Shown in pieces: positions 24,764 through 34,770 of a stretch of 64,000 bases of DNA. This DNA is from Sphyrna mokarran (Eukaryota). The stretch lies in the NCBI GenBank assembly GCA_024679065.1, contig JAGIQG010000040.1, forward strand, positions 3,472,001 to 3,536,000. The letters are read 5' to 3'. Each line of letters starts with the position of its first letter. The stretch's first letter is position 1. The notes under the pieces are model-generated. The model was not told where the DNA came from. It searched no databases and was given only the letters and a program-made list of their open reading frames with translations. Position numbers and translations under genes: made by a program.

Positions 24764-25072
24764 CTGTTTTCTTGTGGATGGATTTTCTTAAAGGAGTTGG
24801 CAGTTCCTGATGGCTCACCACGCAGTCAAACACGGCCCCACTTAGCCAGGATTGTGTCGAGATGTTTAAGTTGCTGACCACGCTGTTAGGATTCTCCCCA
24901 GGCAATTCAGCAATCTCTGATTTCAAATATTTTCTGTCTCGGATCCAGGACACGTTGACTCCATAAGGGACATTAGAAATGATGCAGGTTAAGGTCACGG
25001 TCGCCTCCAATAAGACCTGCTGCATTGGTGGTGGCTGTATCCTCACTGTGGAATCATGGCACTGGGAAGGAT
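24764..25072 (-). CDS. IGHM: IgM Cmu3 exon
   Basis: 309 nt, phase 1-1, ttcacag|...|gtgagc; C1-set (TLTC..VSW..FDCVVSH); retains N-terminal Cys in DPSQC. Confidence 0.95.
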
Positions 25073-25389
25073 CTGTGAATGACAAATGAAAATCAACCCT
25101 AGTTCCCCTTCAGAAGCAGGACAGAAGTGTTCAGCCTGAAGGAAACACAGTCACCTTCGAGATATAACCTTTAACTATTTCCTTTCAACTTCTATGGAGG
25201 ATCGGAAACTAGCTTGCTCTGTGAAATTATTCTCTTTATTAAAATATTGCAGTAGCGGTATTATTCTCATTAATCAGCATGGTAGCATTCCTGCCCTCCC
25301 CCCTCCCCCAAAAAATATTCCTGATTTCAGGGACAAAATGCTAGCTGTTGGTTTATAACGAGGGTGAATGTACTTTCAAATATTTCACC

Positions 25390-25575
25390 CCTATGCTGTG
25401 ACCTGTGAAACAGTCTGACAACGACTATCTCTCCAAATCTTGTATCTCCGTAAAAACTTGATGTCTGTGTCGATATACACAATCTTCTTGGAGATCCTCT
25501 CCACCTGGATCCGGCAGTTTCGATGGTAGTTCTTAGTAATCATGATGTGGAGAGCTGATATCAACGCCATCTCGC
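25390..25575 (-). mobile_element. Penelope-like ORF N-terminal fragment
   Basis: NCRIQVERISKKIVYIDTDIKFLRR resembles the N-terminus of fish/shark Penelope ORFs (recalled pattern). Confidence 0.4.
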
Positions 25576-25619
25576 TCACTATATTATTTCAAAATGGAAG
25601 GGAGCGTTATTTCGAGGGG

Positions 25620-25920
25620 AGGAAGTGGCATGGTCGTGTTGACAATGGGCTTATAACCTCCAGTAATACTTTGGGAACACAGATTCGAATCTTACCATTG
25701 CAGATAGTGAAATGTGAATTTAATAAAAATCTATAATTGAAAGTCAAATGATCATTATGAAGTCATTGTTGTAAAAGCCCACCTGGTTCACAAATGCCCT
25801 TCAGAAAAGTAAATCTGCTGTCTTTAACTGACCTGGCATGCATATGACTCCAGATCTACAGCAATGTGATTGACGCTTATTTGCTCTCATTGGTGGGCAA
25901 TAAATGCACATCTCATGAAG
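25620..25920 (+). mobile_element. tRNA-derived SINE with LINE-like tail
   Basis: B-box-like gattcgaatc; 3' gggcaataaatg..cacatctcatgaa resembles the 3' end of the LINE at 9575. Confidence 0.55.
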
Positions 25921-26089
25921 GAGTAACAAAGATTGTTGTTGTGATGAAATCCTGAGGGCACTCTCCTAATGCAGCAAACTGCATAACAGTAAATTAGAAG
26001 TTGTTCTATGCTTTGTACTAACTTTAATAGATCTCTAATTCCGATCAACATTGGAATAATGTATTTTATCCTCAGTTTGAGTCTCTTAC

Positions 26090-26395
26090 CCAGAGATCCG
26101 CTGATGTTCTGACTCTGGGTGAATCCTTGATGAGTGACCTGGCAGGTATAGACCACTTTGCTGATCCATTCTCGAGTGGAGACTGTCAGCCGACTGCTGG
26201 CCGAGAATTTCCCTTTCACTTTCCAGGCAGGGGAGGTGACAATTCCTGAATCCATGGGCTGTCCATTCTTCAGCCACGTCACAGTCACTGACTTTGGCTT
26301 GAAGTCGATGACTGAACAGACGATGGTTGCAAATTTCCTGCTAATGATTCCGTCACTGGAACTCATGGTGAGGATAACGGTTGGAGGAATATCAC
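26090..26395 (-). CDS. IGHM: IgM Cmu2 exon
   Basis: 306 nt, phase 1-1, gttgaag|GT GAT ATT...TCT CTG G|gtaaga; FATIVC..VTWLKNG..SRLTV..EW..YTCQVTH. Confidence 0.95.
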
Positions 26396-26489
26396 CTTCA
26401 ACAAACACATGTTAAATGTTACTTGCAGGATCAATTGAGAACGATTACAACGAGTTCTTACATTTTAGCAGTATAGCTGCCGATTTGAG

Positions 26490-27710
26490 AATGATATCGG
26501 TGGTTTGGTTGAATGGGCAGGGAAGTGGCGAATGGAATTCAACAGTCAAAAGTGTCACGCAATGCATTTGAGGACGGCAAACAAAGCAAGAGAATAGTCA
26601 ATAAAATGGAAGGTTGTGAGATATTAAGGAAATGCGAGACTTGGAATGCATGTCACACATCCTTGAGATGGTAGCACAGCTGGACAAGTTGATCAAGAAA
26701 GCATATGGGATTAGTTCCTTCATTATTTATTGCAAAAGGTTCAGAGGAGTATCACAAGATGATTCCTGTAATGAAGTGCTTGTCGTATGGTAAATAATTG
26801 AAGATTCTGGGTGTGTATTCGTTGGGGTTAAGAAAGATAAGGGAGAATCTTATTGAAACTTACAGGATACTGCGAGCCCTGGACAGAGTGGTTGTGGAGA
26901 GTGTGTTTCCACTAGAGGGCAAACTAGAATCAGAAAGTACTATCTCAAGCAAAAGTGGCGATCTTTTAAAACAGAGGTTAAGAGAAATTTCTTCAGGTAG
27001 AAAGTGGTGAATCTGTGGATCTGTTTGCCATAGAAGTTTGTGGAGACCAAGTCATTGAGTGTATTTAAAACAGAGATAGATACATTCTTGATTAATAAGG
27101 GAATAAGGGGTTATGGGGAAAATGGAGGAGAATTGAGATGAGAAAAATGTAGCCATGATTGACTGGTGAAGCAGACTCGATGGGCCAAGTGACCTAATTC
27201 TGTTCCTGTTTCTTATGGTCTCTTAGTTTTATGTGATGTACTGCATACAAAAACAGGATGTAATGATGGAGTGCATTAGGCTACGGTTGAAGTTTCCTGT
27301 ACAGTACTGGTCACCATGTTGCAGGAAAGTTGCAATGACTCTGAAGAGAGATAAGATTTTCAAGAATGTTGCCTGTGACTGAAAATTGCAGCTTTCAGGC
27401 GCGATTGAATAGTCAGGGTTGTTCTTCTGAGACAAAGAGGCTGAGCAGTGACGGAATGAGGTGCACAAAATTATGATGGACGTAAACAGAAATAATTCAT
27501 TCCCCAAGTGGAAGGCTCAATCACACGGAGTATGTTATTTAAGAAGCATTTGGGTCTGCGTCTCAAGTGCTTTAACCTACAAGACTATTGAACAAGTGCT
27601 GGAAAATGGACTTACACTGTCTGGCTAGTTTATTTGTTCTCCCTTTGTGCCAGCACAGATATGATGGGCTAAATGGCCTTTTTCTGCAGCTTTACATTTC
27701 TATGGTATCT
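26490..27710 (+). mobile_element. Two decayed CR1 3' fragments in the Cmu1-Cmu2 intron
   Basis: ORF 26798-27010 (YSLGLRKIRENLIETYRIL..LDRV); tails tcttatggtctc (~27215) and tttctatgg (~27700). Confidence 0.7.
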
Positions 27711-27842
27711 GGTTCCGAGCAACTTTGCAGTCAGTAAACACTTACCTGGATTTTGCTCGATTCAAATTTTTCAGAGTGCTAAATATCAGTTATACAGTTC
27801 AATCACAGCGCCCCTCTCTTGCCCAGATTCCACAACACTTAC

Positions 27843-28142
27843 ATTGCATTCCAATGCTCTTGACTGAGCCGCTGTGTCGAACCTCGCAGTCGATTTTGCT
27901 GCATGCTCCCTTTGACTTGATGATGGTTAACTGACTGCTCATGGTATAGGTTCCATTCGCGTTTCTCGCTGACGGGTAGATCTTAAACCCAGTGGCAATC
28001 GGCTGCCCATTTTTCTTCCAGGTCACTTCGGAGACATCTGGAGAGTATCCCATCACCAAACATCCGTAGGTGACAGAATCGCCGGAGTTGTGTTGCTGAT
28101 AGGAGGAGACCAGACTGTAGAGAATGGGTGGAGACGGTGTCG
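27843..28142 (-). CDS. IGHM: IgM Cmu1 exon
   Basis: 300 nt, phase 1-1, cttccccag|(A)TPSPPILYSLVSSYQQHNSGDSVTYGCLVMGYSPDVSEVTWKKNG...MSSQLTIIKSKGACSKIDCEVRHSGSVKSIGMQ(C)|gtaagt. Confidence 0.95.
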
Positions 28143-28654
28143 CTGGGGAAGAGTAGTCGATTGAACAAGTTAGACTCTCAACTTGCGTTTATTAATTAAT
28201 CAAACACGTTGAGACAAATATGTTTCATCAGATGTAGTTCTTGGGGTTAAAGTGGTCACCGGATACGGATGGTAGACAGGATCAGAGTATTGATCAGCCG
28301 TGGTGAAAGTAAATGATGAACAGACTCAAAGGCTCAAATGGCCTACTCCTCTTCTGTTTTCTATGTTTCTACATTACGATTTGGCTTGAACTATGAACTT
28401 ATCCTTTTATTTCCCGATTGAAACCTATATCCGCCTTTGAGATTATGTTACTGCTATCATTTGGGAATCGTCATCTCTGTAGAAACTCATATCTCTACCT
28501 CCACCTCTATCAAGTTTGAAAGAAAATAATTCCAATAGCCTCAAAATGGCAATACGGAGAAGGGCAAATATTTTCTCCATTATTGCAGCGACTATTTATT
28601 GCTCAAACACTGCACTTTGTGATGAAGAAATTTTCTCTTTATTCATATCATCCA

Positions 28655-28770
28655 CTCACCTGATGAAGACCAGCACTCCGAAAGCTCGTGACTCTAAATA
28701 AGCCTGTTGGACTTTAACCTGGTCTTGTGAAACTCCTTACTGTGCACACCCCTTCCAATGTTGGCATCTC
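28655..28770 (+). mobile_element. Penelope-like pseudo-LTR fragment
   Basis: cacctgatgaagaccagcactccgaaagctcgtg...cctgttggactttaacctgg..ttgtga.actccttact. Confidence 0.6.
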
Positions 28771-29110
28771 AGCACTGCAGTTTTGGAAATTGCTTGTGTT
28801 CAAGCTGACAAATGCCCCTTTCCCTTTCCAACACTCTGTCTCTCACTCCACAAAGCAATGAATATTAACCTTGCACCAAAAATATCTCCAGAATTAATAC
28901 TTATGGAATGATCAGGGAATTCTAAAATGTGATTACTAGTTCAAATAATTGCAACATTGACTCACTGAAGGATCACACATTGATAACACCAGCTAGGCAT
29001 TCGCGCCCTGACGCTTTTTCCACCATTCAACAAGATTATCGATGAGCTGATTGTGATGTTATCTCTATATTCCACCTTCCGGCTCTGCTCACTCATAACC
29101 CACTCTCTGC

Positions 29111-29475
29111 CCAGCTCTCTGTCCTCTCACCCCATTCTCTGCCCTTGCACTCAGCTCTCTATCATTTCCCCCGATTATCTGCCCTTTCCCCCGCCTCTTT
29201 GCTCTTTTCTTTGTCTCTTTGTCCTCTGTTCCAGCTGTTTGTCCTTTCCCCCAGCTCTCTGCCCTTTCTCCGATTCTCTGTCCTTTCCCCCTGCTGTCTG
29301 TCCGTCCCTCCGGATCTCTGTCCTGTCTCCAGTCTCTCTGCCCTTTCCCACAGCTTTCAAAACTGCCTCCTGACTGTCTGTTCTTCTACCCTGCTCTCTG
29401 CTCTTTTCCCCGGCTCTCTGCTCTTTACCACGCTTCATTTTCTCCCCCTCCCCAGCTCTATGTCATTTTCCCTGG
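29111..29475. repeat. 20-bp minisatellite, ~18 units, consensus CCAGCTCTCTGTCCTTTCCC
   Basis: Units in register at 29111, 29131, 29151, 29171, 29191, 29211, 29231, 29251, then shifted by 1 nt (29290, 29310 ... 29410, 29452). Confidence 0.85.
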
Positions 29476-29608
29476 CCCTGAGCCCACAATGCATTCCTGG
29501 ACAGTTCCCACATTTGAACACTAAGCTGTGGCATGAGTTTTCTCTCTTCTCTCTCGTTGCAGACCTCCGCACGCTGAATTAGTGAGTGTGAGGGAGAGAA
29601 TGTGAATC

Positions 29609-30823
29609 AGTGACCAAAGAGGTGGATGGGGGTAAGGCAGTTGATGTGGTATATATGGACTTTAGTAAGGCGTTTGATAAGGTGACCCATGGAAGACTTC
29701 TGCAGAAAATGCAGATGTATGGGATAGAGGGTGATTTAGCTAATTGGGTTAGGAATTGGCTAGCAGATAGAAGACTGAGGGTGGTGGTTGATGGGAGATA
29801 TTCATCATGGAGTTCGGTGACAAGTGGTGTACCTCAGGGGTCTGTTTTGGGGCCCCTGCTGTTTGTAATTTTTATAAATGATCTGGATGAGGGTATTGAA
29901 GGATGGATTAGTAAATTTGCAGATGACACTAAAGTCGGTGGAGTGGTAGATAGTGAAGAGGGGTGTTAGAGTTTGCAGAGAGACTTGGACAAGTTGCAGA
30001 GCTGGGCCGAGAGGTGGCAAATGGAGTTTAATGTGGAAAAGTGTGAGGTAATGCACTTTGGCAGGAATAATAAATGTGTAGAGTATAGGGCTAATGGTAG
30101 GATTCTTAATAGTGTTGATGAACAGAGGGATTTTGGTGTATTTGCGCATAGATCCCTGAAAATAGGCAGTCAAGTCGATAAGGTTGTTAAGAAGGCATAT
30201 GGAGTCTTAGCTTTTATTGGTAGGGGGATTGAATTTCGGAGCTGCAAAGTCATGTTGCAACTGTACAAAACCCTAGTGCGGCCGCACTTGGAGTATTGTG
30301 TGCAGTTCTGGTCCCCACATTATAAGAAAGATGTGGAGGCATTGGAGAGGGTACAGCGGAGGTTTACCAGGATGTTGCCTGGTATGGAGGGCAGGTCCTA
30401 TGAAGAGAGGTTGAAGGATTTGAGGTTGTTTTCATTAGAAAGGAGCGGCTAAGAGGGGATCTTATTGAAGCATATAAGATGATTAGAGGTTTAGATAGGG
30501 TGGACAGTGATAGCCTTTTTCCTAGGATGGAGAAAGCTAGCACGAGGGACACAGCTTTAAATTAAGGGGTGATAGTTATAGGACGGATATCAGAGGTAGG
30601 TTCTTTACCCAAAGGGTGGTTCGGGAGTGGAATGCCCTGCCTGCGGCAGTTGTAGATGCGCCAAGTTTGGTGGCGTTTAAGAGGTTAGTTGATAAGTATA
30701 GGAAGAGAAGGGAATAGTTTAGTTTGGAGGGTCATTGCTTTTTATATTGGTCGGCGCAACATCGAGGGTCGAAGGGCCTGTTCTGTGCTGTAATTTTCTA
30801 TGTTCTATGTTCTATGTTCTATG
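29609..30823 (+). mobile_element. Young 5'-truncated CR1 LINE in the JH-Cmu1 intron (antisense to IgM)
   Basis: RT motifs [28 protein letters not shown]; one stop and small indels; (TTCTATG)4 tail; AGTGA at both junctions (29609-29613, 30824-30828). Confidence 0.97.
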
Positions 30824-32310
30824 AGTGAGGGTGAGTTAATGAATAAGAGTACATGTGCGATGGCAGTTGATTGACGGAAGATGGGTAAGTGAGCGCGAGT
30901 GAGTGAAGTTCTCTGAGTGAGGATGGGAAATTGAGGGTACGTGAGTAAGTGTGGGTGAAGGTGAGAGACAGTGAATAACTGAGGGTGTGTCAGAAAGAGT
31001 GGGTGAATAATTGTAGCTGAGCATGAGTGAGGACATGGAAATGAAGCTGGATGGTTGAGGGTGTGAGATATAGAGGACGACTGAGGGAGTGTGAGAATGT
31101 GCTGAACGTGTGAGTGAGGACGTGAGAGTCAAGGTGAGTGAGTGAACGTGTCTGTTGTGAGAATGAGTGACTGACAATGAGTGAGAATGGGTGAGTAAGT
31201 GTGGGTGAGCGAGAGTGGGTGAGTGAGGATGTACAAGTGGGGATGAGTGAAGGTGAGTGTGAGGGTTTGTGAGTGAGGAAGGTTCTAAATGAGTGCGTGA
31301 GGGTGCGTGAGTAAGAGTGGATGAGTGAGGGTGATTGAGTGAAGGGGAGGCTGTGCATTGATGAGCATGTGACGGAGAGCGAGTGAGCATGAATGATTGA
31401 AAGCGAGAGAGGCTGAGTCTGTGAGAGGAGTGAATGAACGTGTGTGAATGTGGGTGAGTGGGGGTGAGTGAGGGTGGGTGAATGAGAGTGAGTGAGTAAG
31501 TGAATCTGCGTGAGGGTGAGCGAAGGTGGGTAAGTGATGGTAGATGGCTGAGAGTGAGTGAATGTGGGCATATGAGTGACTATGAGTAAGTGAGTGTGTG
31601 AGGGCAAATGAGTCAGAGACTGTGATTGAAGGTGAATGACTGACGTTGAGTGAGGATGTGTGAGTGAGTGAGGATGGTGAGTGTGAGTGAACGAATGTGA
31701 GTGAGTGAGGGTGTGAGGATGAGTGAGTCACATGAACGAGGATGAGTTAGGATGAGAATGAATTTGTGAGAGTGAATGAGGGTGAATGAGTGATGGTGAG
31801 TGAGTGAGCGTGGGTAAGGATGGGCGAGTGAATGCGGGTGAGTGAGTGTGGATGAAGTATTAGAGAGGGTGTAGGTGAATGAGTGAGAATGATGAGTGAG
31901 GCTGGATGAGTGAGAGTCGGTGAGTGAGTAAAGGCGAGGATAAGGTTGGTGAGTGTGTGAGGGTGGGTTAGTGAAGATGGGCGAATGAGGACGTTGGTGA
32001 ACGAAGGCAAGTATAGGTGATTAGGTAAGAATGAGTGAATGAGCGTGTAAGAGTGGGTGACTGAGTGAATATGAGTGAGTGAGAGTGAGTGACTCAGGGT
32101 GAATGAGGATGGATGAGTTCTGAGAATGAGTGAGTAGGATGAGTGAGTGAAAATGACTGAGTAAGGGTTAGTGAGAAAGGCTGAATGAGTAACGCTGAGT
32201 CAGTAAGGGTGTGTCAGCAAGGGAAGATGGGATAGGTGAGTGAGTGAAGTTCTTTGAATGAAGAAGAGAGATTGAGAATGAGTGAAATAGTGTGATGCTT
32301 GAGGGTGAAA
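30824..32310. repeat. Strand-asymmetric (GTGA)n-like low-complexity tract
   Basis: ~1.5 kb of gtgagt/gagtga/gggtga variants, C-poor on the + strand. Confidence 0.9.
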
Positions 32311-32854
32311 GTGTCAGTGGACTACCTCCTCCTCTTCTGCTCCATCGACCTTGCCCCGATTCTCCACAATGGACAGTTTTCAGTAACAGAGTTGTGTAAA
32401 GTCAGACACCAGTGTAGATCATTGGGCAGCTGATTTAATATTGGTGCCTTTCTTAAGAAACACGTATCGCTGAATAAATAGGCAGACTGAGGAAGCTGGA
32501 AGGGAAGATTACAGCAAAGATAGAATAAGTCACACAGGAATCAAACGCCATGTTTACACCAGTATTGGGGAGCCCTCCTTATTTATTGTCTTTGTGTCCG
32601 GTGTAACACATGGAAATCCCCACTTCTCACCTCATGTTGGACGGAATGTCATTGATGAGGCAGTAGAAGATTGATCGTCCCCAGGCTAACTGCTGCAGTG
32701 ATAACTGAACTTGGATGTTTGACCTCCAACAATAAATACTATCTTGCTTTGTGCTAAGTATGACTACAAAGAGAGAAGAATTTCCCTCCGATTCTTATTC
32801 ATTTGATTTTTACTCGAGCTCCTCGATCACACACTCATTGAAATGAGGAAGAAG

Positions 32855-33170
32855 GTAGCACGATGGCATCGTGATTAGAGCTGCTGCCTCACAGCGCCAG
32901 GGACGTGGGTTACTGTGTGTGAAGTTTGTAAATTCAATCTGTGTCAGCTTGGGTTTTCTTCAAGTGTTCCTGTTTCCTCCCACAGTCCAAAGATGTGCAG
33001 GTTCGGTGGATTGACGGTGCTGAATTATCCCTTAGTGTCAGGAGGACTAGTTCGGCTAAATACATGTAGTTATGGGGTTATGGCTTTAGTGGGATTGCTG
33101 TCGGTGCAGACTTGATGGGCTAAATGGCTTCCTTTTCACTGTAGGATCCTCTGCTTCTATTCTCTGATGT
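32855..33170 (+). mobile_element. HE1-type SINE, near full length
   Basis: gtagcacgatggcatcgtgattagagctgctgcctcacagcgccagggac...cccacagtccaaagatgtgcagg...gcagacttgatgggctaaatggc. Confidence 0.8.
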
Positions 33171-33189
33171 CAAGGACTGTCACTCTGAC

Positions 33190-33794
33190 GTATGTGAAAA
33201 GGAAAGTGTGTGAGAGGATGTTTGAGTGTGTGTGAGAGATACAGAGAGGGAGAGGGTGAATGTGCATGTGAAGGTGCATATGAATGATAGACTGTTTGCA
33301 CGTGTGGGAGACAGTGGGCTGTGTGTGCAAGAGGGGAGAGTATGTGTGAGACAAAGGATGATTGATATAATGTGAGTGTCAGATAGAATGTGTATTTGAA
33401 GAGTTATTGTTTGTGTGTGTGTGTCTCTTCTTGGAAGTGTGAGTGTGTGTGTGTGTGCGTGTGTGTGCGTGTGTGTGTGTGTGTGTGTGAAGGGGCGGGG
33501 AGACTGTGTGGGGATTGTGTGTGAGAGGGTACTTCTGTGAGTGATTGAGTGTGTTTTTATGTGAAAAGGAATGTGTCTATGCGAGATACAGGACGTCTCT
33601 GAAAGACAGTGTGTGTGCTTGAGAGGATGGTATGTGTGCGTGGGAGAGAGTGTTGTGCTCATATGAAAGACAGTATGTGTAAGAAGGAATGCCAATTGGA
33701 ATGCAAAATAATATGTTCATGAGTGTATGAAAATGTTCACAGGATTGCATGTAAGCGAGAAAAATGTGTGCAATGGGTGTGAGAGATAGAAGCA

Positions 33795-33826
<32 letters not shown>

Positions 33827-34770
33827 AAGGGCAGGGAGAGTGTGTGTGAGCGAGAAAAAGTGTGAAAATTAGAGTCAATGCGTGAGTGTGCGTGAGTGAA
33901 ATAACCATTGAGAGAACATGTGTCAGTGACAAGTGAAATGTTTAAGAGAGATACATTGTCTATACATGTCTGTTCGTGTGTGAGACAGGGAGAGGCTATA
34001 TGCGAGTGATGATTATGCGTGTGTGAGATAATGACCGTTTGAAAGAGAGAGGGATATGTGCCCATGTGAGAGAATGCGTGTGCAAGTGTTCATATAAGAG
34101 AGAGACAGAGCATATGAATGAGTGTGAGACGGAGTGAGAGTATGGAAGAGGGAATGTGAGAGGGATAAAGGGATAATGTGTGTGCGTGTGTTTGTGTTTG
34201 TTTGTATCTCTGTATGTGTGTGTGTGTTAGAAAGAGAGAGACAGATAGAGTGTGTTAGAATGTGTGCATGTATCTACGTTTGTGAGAACGTGTTTGTAAG
34301 AAAGCAAAAATGTACAGGTGTCAGATAGTGTGTCCAACAGGGAGAGAAATATGTACATGTATTTGTATGTGTTTGAGAGAGAGAGAGAGAGAGGTGTGTG
34401 TGCAAGAGAAATTGTGAGAGAGGGCGTGTGAATAAATGTGAGATAGTTTGAACGTGTGTGACAGAGTGCAGGAGAGAGAGTGCATGTGCAAGAATGTGAA
34501 ACTGCTTATGTGAGAGATAATGCATGTGACGGTGTGTGCGTGTGAATGCTTTTGTGTATGTGAGTATGAGGGACCGATTGAGAGAGAGTATGTATGTATT
34601 CGTATTTGACAGAGTGCATGCAGAACGTGAGAGAGACAGAATGTGTTTGAGTGTGAAAGGGTGACCGTATGAGAGAGAAAGTGAGTATGTACGTGTGTGT
34701 GCATGTGTAAGAGAATATGAGATTGTATATATGTGTATTTATGTGTGTGAGAGTATGTGATGTATGTAAG
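33190..34770. repeat. Degenerate (TG)n/(GA)n tract
   Basis: Pure (TG)n at ~33443-33488 and ~33796-33824; (GA)n at ~34375-34392. Confidence 0.9.

Noticed and set aside
29053-29582. Overlapping Pro/Ser/Leu-rich ORFs
   Set aside because: Artefact of the stop-poor 20-bp minisatellite
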